64,000 nt of DNA, taken from the NCBI GenBank assembly GCA_950097015.1, contig CATNEN010000012.1, positions 2,418,001 through 2,482,000 on the forward strand, in the 5' to 3' direction. Below are positions 35,929 through 47,889 of this stretch, one piece after another; positions within the stretch are counted from its first letter, which is position 1; every line of letters starts with the position of its first letter. Made by a program: the position numbers and the translations under genes. Under the pieces are notes generated by a model. That model was not told the DNA's origin. It did no database searches and saw nothing but the letters and a program-made list of their open reading frames with translations. Source of the DNA: Macrostomum hystrix (Eukaryota > Animalia > Platyhelminthes).

Positions 35929-38900
35929 ATGGAGATGTGCAGTGGACCACTTGGCCCAGGAGCTGCCAGTGGCCAATTTCAGTTTGTGCTGCAGTCTACA
36001 CCAGGCCTACCATTTTTGCCTGGTGGCTATGCCATTGCGCAATCGTCTCAGGGTCTCAGTGTGGCCTGCAGTGTGGCTCAGCAGCAGACTCAACAGCTGC
36101 TCACTAATAGTACGGCTATTGTCTCTTCCACAACTAATCATACATCGTCTGGATTGGCGCCAATTCAAACCAGCGCCTCGGCGCCTAAAACAATTCAGCC
36201 AATTCCAAATCAACTGCCGCAGTCCAAGCGTCTGGCGCCAAGGTCTATTATGCCAAGACCATTAGCTCCGAAAGTGGCAACTGTGGCACCTCAGCCATCG
36301 CCTCCGCCGCAGCCGCCATCGATGCCTGTGCAGCCGCAGCAGCCAGTTCATCCAGTAGCATCAACAGCATTCGCTGTGCCAACCACCGCTTTGCTAGACT
36401 CAGTCTGCGGTCAGCAGCAGCACGCATTGACCCGACCAGCCAGTTGCACATTTCAAGCATTCCAATTTGCGACGCCCCAGATGATACCGACGGCTGCTAT
36501 TTTTGCACCTGGCGGCGGCGGCGGCTCTGGCGGAGTCTTCTTCAGCGCCAGCGATGCCATTGGCGCACTGGGCGGCGGCCAAACCTATTATGTTGACAGC
36601 AGTGCCCTGTCTGGCATTGTTCCTGCCAGCGTTGGCCCAGTCGGTGTCAAGGCTAAGAAGAGTAAGAAGAAGGCGCCAGCTCGCCAGACATCAGTCCTGG
36701 CCGCGGTGTCCAAGCCGCATCCTCTTTGTCACAGCCTGTCGGATTCGAATCTGTTACGTCGAACAGAGAGCAGTCATCAGTCGCCAGGTGGCCGGGACCT
36801 GCTGCTCATGGCCTGCGAAGAGGCCGGACTGCATCTAGCGGACGAAATGTCAAATCCGGCAACGATGCCGCAGCCGCAGCCTTCGCCGAGCCCGCTGTCC
36901 AAGCCGGAGCAGGTGCCAAATGTGGACAGCAGCGTTGAAGCAGCTGCTGACACTAACGACAACGACAATTCCTTGTTAACCGAGCTGGGCCTGCTTGAAG
37001 AACAGCCTTCAAAACTACAGGAGCAGATTTGCAAAGCACCCGGTAGCTGTGACACCGCTTTGTCAGCTGAGGAGCCGGCGGCTTCAGACGCCGCGTCTGT
37101 CGCCCACAAGGAAGATAGGCCCTCAACGCCGGCAGCTGAGGCCGACGATTCCTTACTATTGAAGCTATTCGATCAGCCGTTAACCGGCTCTGGCTGTGTC
37201 GCTCCGGCCGATGATGCCGCCGCTTTGCCAATGAAGCCAGATTCATCTGGTGTGCTATTGGGCGTAGCGGTAAAAGACGATCCCGAATGCAAGATCGAGC
37301 ACAGCGTCATCATTGTCGACGATTCCATTGTTGAAGTCGCCGACGTTGTAGAATCTGCCGAGAAGCTTCTGTTTAGTGACTCATTCGTTGAGTCCTGGCA
37401 CGACTGTCTCCAGTTTGCAACTTTAGAGGCGCCGCCGCCACTGCCACCTCAACAGCCGCCACTGCCGCCGCCGTTGTTGGAGCCGCAGCTGGCATCTGGC
37501 TCGCCTATGGCGGAACAAATATCGTCACATTCTGCAGCGCCTGCGCCCACTTGCAATCGGGTCCTGTCCGAGACGCTTCAAGACCGTCCGGCCAGTCCCC
37601 TACCGCCTGTGCTTCATCCCGAATCTGCCGAGGCTGTCACATCCGATTTCTTGGAATCCTTGAATCCGCACGGCACCGACCTAGCTGACTGCTGGTCTTC
37701 TGACCTGCCCGCTGGTCCCATGGACATTGTTGAAGTAGTGGATGGCGCCTCTGCCGGTCCCGTTGGGTCCGACATGGCTGGAAACGACGTTGGCAACGTT
37801 TCAAATTGTCAATCCTTGCTGCTGGACGATTTCTTTGAGCTCAACACAGCGACAACGCCCGCATGCAGTGCTGGCTGCAGCGGCGTGGATGGCGGCTGCT
37901 GCTCGCAGCCGGCCAGCAACAATTGCCAACCATCCTCGGAATCAGCAGCAGTCGCAGACGTGCCTCCACCGTTGTTGGAGGCCGCTGTGACGATTCACGA
38001 AAGCCATCCCGATTCGAAGACGTTGCAACAGCAGCCGCAGCAGCGGCAAGATTCGCCGCCATCTCCGCAAAAACTGCCGACGATGCAGCCTGACATACTT
38101 AACACCCCGACGGCGGCGGCCGTGTTAACTGCCACAATGGCTTGCAATTATGCGCCTAGCGCCCAGCCGCCTGACCCCCAGCAGCTGGCGCAGTTGCGCA
38201 ACTGCCCGCCTTTGCAGTTTCCGCCATCGCCTCCTCCGCCGCGGCTTACTTCGCCAATCACTCGCGCTTCCTCGGCCAGCACTGTGCCAGCAGTTGATGC
38301 CGCTGCAGACGCTGACGTGGGCAACGATTGCGACGAGATTGGAAATCGGACGCTGACAGCTGGCCAGAATGTGGTCCGCGACGACGACGGTCCCATGCCT
38401 GTGCTCTCACCGGCCCCGCTTGACCAGTCTCCGCCTCCGCCGCCTGTTGTTCTGCTACCGACAGTCAGCCGTAGCCCAATGGCCTACAGTCCAATCTCTG
38501 AGCCGGCATCCGAGTCCGAGGAAGCCCGGGCTTATTCTTCCCAGTCGCATTCAATGTTCTCAGCTGCACCGCCCTCTGCTGCTATCGCCTCAGTGTCCGC
38601 TTCGACTGCGTCGACTATGGCACCGCCGCCTTCCGCCTCGTCCGACCAGTGTCCGCCGTCCACGCGACCTTCGTCTACATTTGTCGACGACGATGAAGAT
38701 GTGACGGTTGACGAAAGCGACTCTTGTTGCGTCGAGTCGCCGCCTCTGATTGACACTCTGGTCAAGGCCATGCTCAGCGCTACAGAATCGCTTGAGGCCT
38801 CTGGAACTGCCGCAGCTCAGCCAGTTGTTGAGGAGGCGCTGCCGCCATCATTACCGCCGCGGATGCTGCCGGTATTGCGAGTCGAGACAGACGCCGCACC

Positions 38901-40035
38901 CTCATCGTCGCCGATTTCTTCGCCGTCGTCCGCTTCCGGTGACCTATCCGCTCCTTCGCTCGCCTGCCTAGCGCGCCAGATTTTCCAGTCGGCCACCGAG
39001 GCAGCTGCCGCCGTTGCCGCTGTCACCACGGAGGAGCTTGAATGGGGCGTCGGCTACAGTAGCGAGATGGCACCGCCTCAGCTAGACAGAATTGTCCAGT
39101 TCGAACACAGCCAGCAGGTCTGGGCCTCGCAGCCTCCGCGCCTATCGAAGGCGGCATTAAAGTGCAACTACGAGAAGCCGCGTCAATTTGATTTGGCGCC
39201 ACCTCCGCCGCCTCAGTCGCCCGTCCAGTTATTAAGCAGTCCTTTAAAGCGAGCCAGCACCTCCGCATACTCTGCTCCTGTTGCTAAGCACTCGCCTAAG
39301 AAGCCGTTGAAATTGCAGCTTAAAGAAAAGCGCCGAGCAATGGCCGCTGCCGTAGCGACAACTTCGCCGACTAAACAGTGCCAGCAGCAAGATCACCAGC
39401 CGATTCCCGCAGCTGTGTCAACGCCCGTCAGACCAATTAGGATCAAAATCTTACCAATTCGATCGCCAAAGAAGGCTTCTGTATCAGACAATTCTGCAGC
39501 GCCTTCGACAGCAACAACAGCAGCTGGTCCGTCTACTTCAGCTGGCAGCGGGTTGAAGATTCGTCTAAATTTAAAATCCCTTGGTTTGACATCAGCTGCG
39601 GGCCCGTCGCCATCGACGCCGCCGCAGCCGCCGCCAGCGGAGCCCTCGGTCGAGTCGGCGGGCTCGTCAAGAGGCTACAAGAAAGGCAAGAATAAGCGGC
39701 GCACCGTTATTGCTGAGCCGCCTGTTCCAGCCCTGAATGCGGAGGCAATAGATGACGATAAAGCTGACGAAGTCACGTTGAAGCCAGTCGTCAAAAAGGC
39801 GTCGAAGCGCAAGTCAAACGGCGGCAGTGGAGTTAGACGAAAGTCCGCCGCCGCCGCAGCGGCACCTGCGGAGCATAAAAAATCGCGCGATGGTCCCAAG
39901 CGAAGCCGCCTGTCAGTTGAAGACTGCGGCGTCTCTAGCGTTGATAACGAGCCTATCGGGACCATTGTGCGCGAGCGTTTAACCCTGCGATTGCCGCTGC
40001 GACACAGCTGGGAGCCTCCGCCTGCTATGGACTGA
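35929..40035 (+). CDS. Large low-complexity Pro/Ser/Ala-rich protein with a basic C-terminus (probable disordered nuclear protein), ~1368 aa from first ATG
   Basis: 4.1-kb stop-free GC-rich frame in AT-rich surroundings; NLS-like KKASKRKS and KKGKNKRR; no folded domain recognised. An acceptor at 35879 may link to upstream exons. Confidence 0.8.
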   Translation: MEMCSGPLGPGAASGQFQFVLQSTPGLPFLPGGYAIAQSSQGLSVACSVAQQQTQQLLTNSTAIVSSTTNHTSSGLAPIQTSASAPKTIQPIPNQLPQSKRLAPRSIMPRPLAPKVATVAPQPSPPPQPPSMPVQPQQPVHPVASTAFAVPTTALLDSVCGQQQHALTRPASCTFQAFQFATPQMIPTAAIFAPGGGGGSGGVFFSASDAIGALGGGQTYYVDSSALSGIVPASVGPVGVKAKKSKKKAPARQTSVLAAVSKPHPLCHSLSDSNLLRRTESSHQSPGGRDLLLMACEEAGLHLADEMSNPATMPQPQPSPSPLSKPEQVPNVDSSVEAAADTNDNDNSLLTELGLLEEQPSKLQEQICKAPGSCDTALSAEEPAASDAASVAHKEDRPSTPAAEADDSLLLKLFDQPLTGSGCVAPADDAAALPMKPDSSGVLLGVAVKDDPECKIEHSVIIVDDSIVEVADVVESAEKLLFSDSFVESWHDCLQFATLEAPPPLPPQQPPLPPPLLEPQLASGSPMAEQISSHSAAPAPTCNRVLSETLQDRPASPLPPVLHPESAEAVTSDFLESLNPHGTDLADCWSSDLPAGPMDIVEVVDGASAGPVGSDMAGNDVGNVSNCQSLLLDDFFELNTATTPACSAGCSGVDGGCCSQPASNNCQPSSESAAVADVPPPLLEAAVTIHESHPDSKTLQQQPQQRQDSPPSPQKLPTMQPDILNTPTAAAVLTATMACNYAPSAQPPDPQQLAQLRNCPPLQFPPSPPPPRLTSPITRASSASTVPAVDAAADADVGNDCDEIGNRTLTAGQNVVRDDDGPMPVLSPAPLDQSPPPPPVVLLPTVSRSPMAYSPISEPASESEEARAYSSQSHSMFSAAPPSAAIASVSASTASTMAPPPSASSDQCPPSTRPSSTFVDDDEDVTVDESDSCCVESPPLIDTLVKAMLSATESLEASGTAAAQPVVEEALPPSLPPRMLPVLRVETDAAPSSSPISSPSSASGDLSAPSLACLARQIFQSATEAAAAVAAVTTEELEWGVGYSSEMAPPQLDRIVQFEHSQQVWASQPPRLSKAALKCNYEKPRQFDLAPPPPPQSPVQLLSSPLKRASTSAYSAPVAKHSPKKPLKLQLKEKRRAMAAAVATTSPTKQCQQQDHQPIPAAVSTPVRPIRIKILPIRSPKKASVSDNSAAPSTATTAAGPSTSAGSGLKIRLNLKSLGLTSAAGPSPSTPPQPPPAEPSVESAGSSRGYKKGKNKRRTVIAEPPVPALNAEAIDDDKADEVTLKPVVKKASKRKSNGGSGVRRKSAAAAAAPAEHKKSRDGPKRSRLSVEDCGVSSVDNEPIGTIVRERLTLRLPLRHSWEPPPAMD

Positions 40036-41149
40036 CTCTGTGGCTACATAAACTAAGGCAAAAATGTTTAACCTTTTCGGTAAATTCATAATTCTTGATT
40101 CGCGCCTCTATTTTCGCCAGCAATCTGAATTTTTGTTGGCTCTAATTATTCCGTTCAAATGAATTTTAACAGTCTGTTAAAATTTCTTCTGCAGTTTTTT
40201 TCATTTGCATCTAGTCTGTATGTAGCAATCCATTCGGTATTTGATCGTTGCTGCTACTGAAAAAATCTTTTTCTAGTTCCATTTTAAGTACATTTTTCTT
40301 GTCTTGTAACTTTTGCTAAATACTACTTTTGTTAGTAGTGTGCAAGGAATCTCTCGCAGCCCATCTGCTTATCTGCAATTTTTTAACTGGTTTGCTTCAC
40401 CATTTTTTTCATTTTTTGCTGTTTCTTTAGCTCTTCTTCTGGCGTTAGGCAACAAGAGTTGTAAAATAGAAAATTTGGTCTTTCAAATGTATGCTGTCGC
40501 AATACGATGCATTAGGTCCTATTTGTCACAATTGCTGGTATTTTAAGTTTCTACTAACTAATTTTATATTTATTACCATCTAGAAGGAGTGATATTGTTT
40601 GTCTGTAATATTTAGTTCAATTCGCAATTTCTTTTTTTAATTTAGAGACATGCATTTGCTTGCAATTGTCACTGTTGAAAATGTAGCATTTTTAAAACAA
40701 TGGGCTGTATGTAGGGTTCTACATAGCATCAGAAATATTCATTTTGTCATTTTTTATAAAGCTAAAACTGATTTCTATGAGAGAAGAAAAACCTAGCTTG
40801 ATTTTCATTCTCTATATACACCTATTTAATTGCTTCATCATTTATCTTTTTCCTGCTACGTAAATTATATTTATAGTTCGTAAACTATTTAAAAAATTTT
40901 CTTGTTACTGGCACTTAAAAACTAAATCTCCGGCATTTCTACTCGCTGTTTCAATTTTTTGTATGTAAATCTTATACTGAAATTTTATATTAGACATTGC
41001 AACAATAGTGTTACCTGTAAAAGTTCTTATTACTTATTGCTTGGTGGAAATTTTGCAACCAGAGAAAACCGACTAATCATTGTGGTAAATTCTGCGTCTA
41101 TTAGGCTAGGCATTTTTTTATGGTAAGTTCACTGTCTATTGCGTTTATC

Positions 41150-44100
41150 AGTTGGAAAATCCCACGCGTAATGGATTCTTATTAAATGGAAAATCCCACG
41201 CGTAATGGGTTCTTATTAAATGGAAAATCCCACGCGAATTGGGTTCTTATTAAATGGAAAATCCCACGCGTAATGGGTTCTTATTAAATGGAAAATCCCA
41301 CGCGAATTGGGTTCTTATTAAATGGAAAATCCCACGCGTAATGGGTTCTTATTAAATGGAAAATCCCACGCGAATTGGGTTCTTATTAAATGGAAAATCC
41401 CACGCGTAATGGGTTATTATTAAATGGAAAATCCCACGCGTAATGGGTTATTATTAAATGAAAAATCCCACGCGTAATGGGTTCTTGGTAAATGGAAAAT
41501 CCCATGCGTAATGGGTTCTTGTTAAATGGAAAATCCCACGCGTAATGGGTTCTTATTAAATGGAAAATCCCACGCGTAATGGGTTCTTATTAAATGGAAA
41601 ATCCCATGCGTAATGGGTTATTATTAAATGGAAAATCCCACGCTTAATGGGTTATTATTAAATGGAAAATCCCATGCGTAATGGGTTATTATTAAATGGA
41701 AAATCCCACGCGTAATGGGTTATTATTAAATGGAAAATCCCATGCGTAATGGGTTATTATTAAATGAAAAATCCCACGCGTAATGGGTTCTTGGTAAATG
41801 GAAAATCCCATGCGTAATGGGTTCTTGTTAAATGGAAAATCCCACGCGTAATGGGTTCTTATTAAATGGAAAATCCCACGCGTAATGGGTTCTTATTAAA
41901 TGGAAAATCCCATGCGTAATGGGTTATTATTAAATGGAAAATCCCACGCTTAATGGGTTATTATTAAATGGAAAATCCCACGCGTAATGGGTTCTTATTA
42001 AATGGAAAATCCCACGCGTAATGGGTTCTTATTAAATGGAAAATCCCATGCGTAATGGGTTATTATTAAATGGAAAATCCCACGCTTAATGGGTTATTAT
42101 TAAATGGAAAATTCCACGACTAGCGGGTTTTTTAATAAAATAGAAAATTCCACACGAATTGGGTTTCAATTAAATGGAAAATCCCACGTGAATTGGGTTC
42201 TTATTAAATGGAGAATCCCACGCGTAATGGGTTATTATTAAATGGAAAATCCCACGCGTAATGGGTTATTATTAAATGGAAAATCCCACGCGTAATGGGT
42301 TCTTGGTAAATGGAAAATCCCATGCGTAATGGGTTCTTGTTAAATGGAAAATCCCACGCGTAAAGGGTTATTATTAAATGGAAAATCCCACGCGTAATAG
42401 GTTCTTATTAAATGGAAAATCCCATGCGTAATGGGTTATTATTAAATGGAAAATCCCACGCGTAATGGGTTCTTATTAAATGGAAAATCCCACGCTTAAT
42501 GGGTTATTATTAAATGGAAAATCCCACGCGTAATAGGTTCTTATTAAATGGAAAATCCCATGCGTAATGGGTTATTATTAAATGGAAAATCCCACGCGTA
42601 AAGGGTTATTATTAAATGGAAAATCCCACGCGTAATAGGTTCTTATTAAATGGAAAATCCCATGCGTAATGGGTTCTTATTAAATGGAAAATCCCACGCG
42701 TAAAGGGTTATTATTAAATGGAAAATCCCACGCGTAATAGGTTCTTATTAAATGGAAAATCCCATGCGTAATGGGTTATTATTAAATGGAAAATCCCACG
42801 CGTAATGGGTTATTATTAAATGGAAAATCCCACGCGTAATGGGTTCTTGGTAAATGGAAAATCCCACGCGTAATGGGTTATTATTAAATGGAAAATTCCA
42901 CGACTAGCGGATTTTTAATAAAATAGAAAATTCCACACGAATTGGGTTTCAATTAAATGGAAAATCCCACGTGAATTGGGTTCTTATTAAATGGAAAATC
43001 CCACGCGTAATGGGTTCTTATTAAATGGAAAATCCCATGCGTAATGGGTTCTTGTTAAATGGAAAATCCCACGCGTAATGGGTTCTTATTAAATGGAAAA
43101 TCCCACGCGTAATAGGTTCTTATTAAATGGAAAATCCCATGCGTAATGGGTTATTATTAAATGGAAAATCCCACGCTTAATGGGTTATTATTAAATGGAA
43201 AATCCCACGCTTAATGGGTTATTATTAAATGGAAAATCCCACGCGTAATGGGTTCTTATTAAATGGAAAATCCCACGCTTAATGGGTTATTATTAAATGG
43301 AAAATCCCACGCGTAATAGGTTCTTATTAAATGGAAAATCCCATGCGTAATGGGTTATTATTAAATGGAAAATCCCACGCGTAATAGGTTCTTATTAAAT
43401 GGAAAATCCCATGCGTAATGGGTTCTTATTAAATGGAAAATCCCACGCGTAATGGGTTCTTATTAAATGGAAAATCCCACGCTTAATGGGTTATTATTAA
43501 ATGGAAAATCCCACGCGTAATAGGTTCTTATTAAATGGAAAATCCCATGCGTAATGGGTTCTTATTAAATGGAAAATCCCACGCGTAATGGGTTCTTATT
43601 AAATGGAAAGTCCCACGCGTAAAGGGTTTTTAATAAAATAGAAAATTCCACACGAATTGGGTTTCAATTAAATGGAAAATCCCACGTGAATTGGGTTCTT
43701 ATTAAATGGAAAATCCCACGCTTAATGGGTTATTATTAAATGGAAAGTCCCACGCGTAATGGGTTATTATTAAATGGAAAATCCCACGCGTAATGGGTTA
43801 TTATTAAACGGAAAATCCCACGCGTAATGGGTTCTTATTAAATGGAAAATCCCACGCTTAATGGGTTATTATTAAACGGAAAATCCCATGCGTAATGGGT
43901 TATTATTAAATGGAAAATCCCACGCTTAATGGGTTATTATTAAATGGAAAATTCCACGACTAGCGGGTTTTTAATAAAATAGAAAATTCCACACGAATTG
44001 GGTTTCAATTAAATGGAAAATCCCACGTGAATTGGGTTCTTATTAAATGGAAAGTCCCACGCGTAATGGGCTGTTATTGAATGGAAAATTCCACGACTAG

Positions 44101-44640
44101 CGGGTTTTTAATAAAATAGAAAATTCCACACGAATTGGGTTTCAATTAAATGGAAAATCCCACGTGAATTGGGTTCTTATTAAATGGAAAGTCCCACGCG
44201 TAATGGGCTATTATTAAATGGAAAATTCCACGACTAGCGGGTTTTTAATAAAATAGAAAATTCCACACGAATTGGGTTTCAATTAAATGGAAAATCCCAC
44301 GTGAATTGGGTTCTTATTAAATGGAAAATCCCACGTGAATTGGGTTCTTATTAAATGGAAAGTCCCACGCGTAATGGGCTATTATTAAATGGAAAATTCC
44401 ACGACTAGCGGGTTTTTAATAAAATAGAAAATTCCACACGAATTGGGTTTCAATTAAATGGAAAATCCCACGTGAATTGGGTTCTTATTAAATGGAAAAT
44501 CCCACGTGAATTGGGTTCTTATTAAATGGAAAGTCCCACGCGTAATGGGCTATTATTAAATGGAAAAGCCCACGATTAGCGAGTTTTTATCAGTTGGAAA
44601 ATTCCACGCGTTATTGGTTTTTATTAAATTGAAAATTCCA
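41150..44640. repeat. 3.5-kb minisatellite, 34-bp unit (aaatggaaaatcccacgcgtaatgggttcttatt)
   Basis: cccacg at 41161 and 41195 (period 34); about 100 units, decaying at the 3' end. Confidence 0.98.
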
Positions 44641-45387
44641 CGCCTATAGTGCCTATTTCCAACGGAATATTCCACGGAAAAGTCCATTTGATCTAATCGG
44701 AATCTCCACGCCTCGTATTCTACTATCCATTAGTAAATTCCATACCTGGAATTCCACTTTTTATAAAGCGGGAAGTTCCATGTCCTAATAACACATTTAT
44801 AGAATAAATGGCTTTGCGATAACTAGTTTTTTCGCATGGTCGTTTCTCTTTAGTTGATTTATCTCATTCAAATATATCCATCATTGGCTAGGCTTTTTAT
44901 AGAGACCTATGCATATCCTCTGCCGAGCTACCAGCCATTCTGCTACTCTTTGATAGTATTCTTCCTAGGATTTTGTATTTAAATAACTGCTAGAGAAAGC
45001 AATTGTTATCGCTTACTAAAGCTATGCCATTTGAAGCTATGATAAAAATTAAACGGTGTACATATGCCATTGTATTGTAAATAGGGCACATTGCTTCTCG
45101 CTTTCCACTTTTTCTTTAAGCTTCGTTCGCTCAGCTGTTCTTAAATTGTTTGTTAGTTGCTTTTTGCGCGCAACAAAATAAAATTTGCGTTTATATTGAA
45201 AACCTTCTCTGTGCAATTGTTAGCTTTCTATTTAAATTTATTTCAAGACATGTCAAAACGTTTGCTGTTTTTGTCTTTCGTGTTGATTTTCTTGCTTCAG
45301 AAAATAGTTGTTGGCGATTCTATATTTAATTTTCTACACGCTCGTAGTCTTGTCACACAGGTCACAGGTAATAGAACGATAAAATCT

Positions 45388-46265
45388 CAGTCTCACTACC
45401 CTGTCCTCAGTCTCACTACCCTGTCCTCAGTCTCACTACCCTGTCCTCAGTCTCACTACCCTGTCCTCAGTCTCACTACCCTGTCCTCAGTCTCACTACC
45501 CTGTCCTCAGTCTCTCTACCCTGTCCTCAGTCTCACTACCCTGTCCTCAGTCTCACTACCCTGTCCTCAGTCTCACTACCCTGTCCTCAGTCTCTCTACC
45601 CTGTCCTCAGTCTCACTACCCTGTCCTCAGTCTCACTACCCTGTCCTCAGTCTCTCTACCCTGTCCTCAGTCTCACTACCCTGTCCTCAGTCTCTCTACC
45701 CTGTCCTCAGTCTCACTACCCTGTCCTCAGTCTCACTACCCTGTCCTCAGTCTCTCTACCCTGTCCTCAGTTTCACTACCCTGTCCTCAGTCTCACTACC
45801 CTGTCCTCAGTCTCACTACCCTGTCCTCAGTCTCACTACCCTGTCCTCAGTCTCACTACCCTGTCCTCAGTCTCACTACCCTGTCCTCAGTCTCTCTACC
45901 CTGTCCTCAGTCTCACTACCCTGTCCTCAGTCTCTCTACCCTGTCCTCAGTTTCACTACCCTGTCCTCAGTCTCACTACCCTGTCCTCAGTCTCACTACC
46001 CTGTCCTCAGTCTCACTACCCTGTCCTCAGTCTCACTACCCTGTCCTCAGTCTCTCTACCCTGTCCTCAGTCTCACTACCCTGTCCTCAGTCTCACTACC
46101 CTGTCCTCAGTCTCACTACCCTGTCCTCAGTCTCTCTACCCTGTCCTCAGTCTCACTACCCTGTCCTCAGTCTCACTACCCTGTCCTCAGTCTCACTACC
46201 CTGTCCTCAGTCTCTCTACCCTGTCCTCAGTCTCTCTACCCTGTCCTCAGTCTCTCTACCCTGTC
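45388..46265. repeat. 20-bp minisatellite (ctcagtctcactaccctgtc)
   Basis: About 44 highly homogeneous units with single-base variants (ctctctacc, tttcactacc). Confidence 0.98.
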
Positions 46266-46644
46266 CCTTCAGTGTCAGTCAGTCTAAAAATAGTCTATCT
46301 AAGGCTAGTAATCTACAAGTTGTGGATATAGATGAGCAATGTCTTCTATTAACGGATATCACAATACTAATGAAGTAAAAGTTCGAAAGGCGAATTCGAT
46401 TAAACAAAAATATAGGCAGCATGTTACACATATAGAGCTATATAAAAAGTAAGTTTCTCTATTCCAATGAAAAAAATGCGCCATTTTGCTAATCATTTTC
46501 TCAGCGCTGGCAATACATTAACATGGACAAGCAGATTAGCAGCAGTTCGCTGGGACCTGACAATGTCGCCTATAGCAGGGCGAGGTCTGTAATTTGTGAG
46601 TGATAGACTAAGGGTTAGTTTACAACTGAAATACTTGTATCCTA

Positions 46645-46905
46645 GTTCTTCAGGGCCAACCAGCCCATGAGAAACCGTGTTCTTCGGGGCCAACCAGCCC
46701 ATGAGAAACCGTGTTCTTCTGGGCCAACCAGCCCATGAGAAATCGTGTTCTTCTGGGCCAACCAGCCCATGAGAAACCGTGTTCTTCAGAGCCAACCAGC
46801 CCATGAGAAACCGTGTTCTTCAGAGCCAACCAGCCCATGAGAAACCGTGTTCTTCTGGGCCAACCAGCCCATGAGAAACCGTGTTCTTCAGAGCCAACCA
46901 GCCAA
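46645..46905. repeat. 34-bp minisatellite (gggccaaccagcccatgagaaaccgtgttcttct)
   Basis: gccaac at 46655 and 46689; about 8 units. Confidence 0.95.
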
Positions 46906-47074
46906 TAATTACCCTGTCCTTCACAATGAGCAACTGCAAAATTATCCTTGACAACTGGCATCTAAGCCACCAACCACTGACTGCAATGATCAACAGTTAT
47001 TTACAGCCTTCAAAATGACCAACTGGCCCCGCACTCACTGTGAACTCAGCAATCGGCAGTGCTCAACTGCCCAG

Positions 47075-47889
47075 TCAGGAGGTGGGTTTGCACACGGCCA
47101 GCCAGCCGTGCAGGATGACGAAGCCCACCAAGGAAGCTGGGCAGCACACCAGGCCGATGGCCACTGCGCCGATGAGCGCGGTGCCGAGACAGGCGGCATT
47201 TAGGCTGGGGAACGCTAGGCAGATCCACACGGCGTCAGCCAGCAGCACCACGCCCCAGAGGCTGCAGATTCCGATCAGTGCTCGGCGACTCCGTGACTGC
47301 GGCTGAGCCATAGCCAGCAGCGCGCAGGCGGGCAGCAGCGACAGCGCAGCCGCCAGGACAAAAAATGACGCGCCTAGGAGGCTGGAGCAGGCGCGCTTCA
47401 TCATGATAGAGTCCAGAGCCACCAGGACCGTGGCGTGCAGCAGCACGAAGCTGCAGCTGGCGAGAAGTTTCACCCGGTCCAGCAGCAGCTCGTCTCGCTC
47501 CTGAAGCGTGCCCCGGCTGTCGCCGCTGAGGACGATGTCGCCGGTGCTCTCCTCGGCGATGGTAGTTCGACTGGCGCCGACGCTGTCGCCTCCGTTGAGG
47601 CTGTAGACGGTTGCAGCCGAGGTTGGCCTCTGCGGAGTGTCGGCCTGCTGCTGTGAACCGTGAGCAGCTCCAAACAGAGTGGCCGCGAATCGAGATGGGC
47701 GTCTGCGAAAATGAACAACACATTTTAGATTCAATCAGTTTTCAACTTGCTGTTGCAATCTTTAGTGGGAATCGCTTTAGGAACAGACTTGCAGTTCCAG
47801 CAGTGAGCAATATCGTGCTCAAAGTTTGTACTCGTATACTCATACCTCAAAGGCGGCTGCTGCTGCTGCTGCTGAGGACTGACCGACAT
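47075..47889 (-). CDS. Uncharacterised ~223-aa protein with ~4 TM segments; exons 47889-47846 and 47702-47075
   Basis: Donor ttgag|gtatga and acceptor ttttcgcag|a join in phase 2 (MSVSPQQQQQQPPL-R-RPSRF); four hydrophobic stretches in the C-terminal half; GC-rich. Confidence 0.72.
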
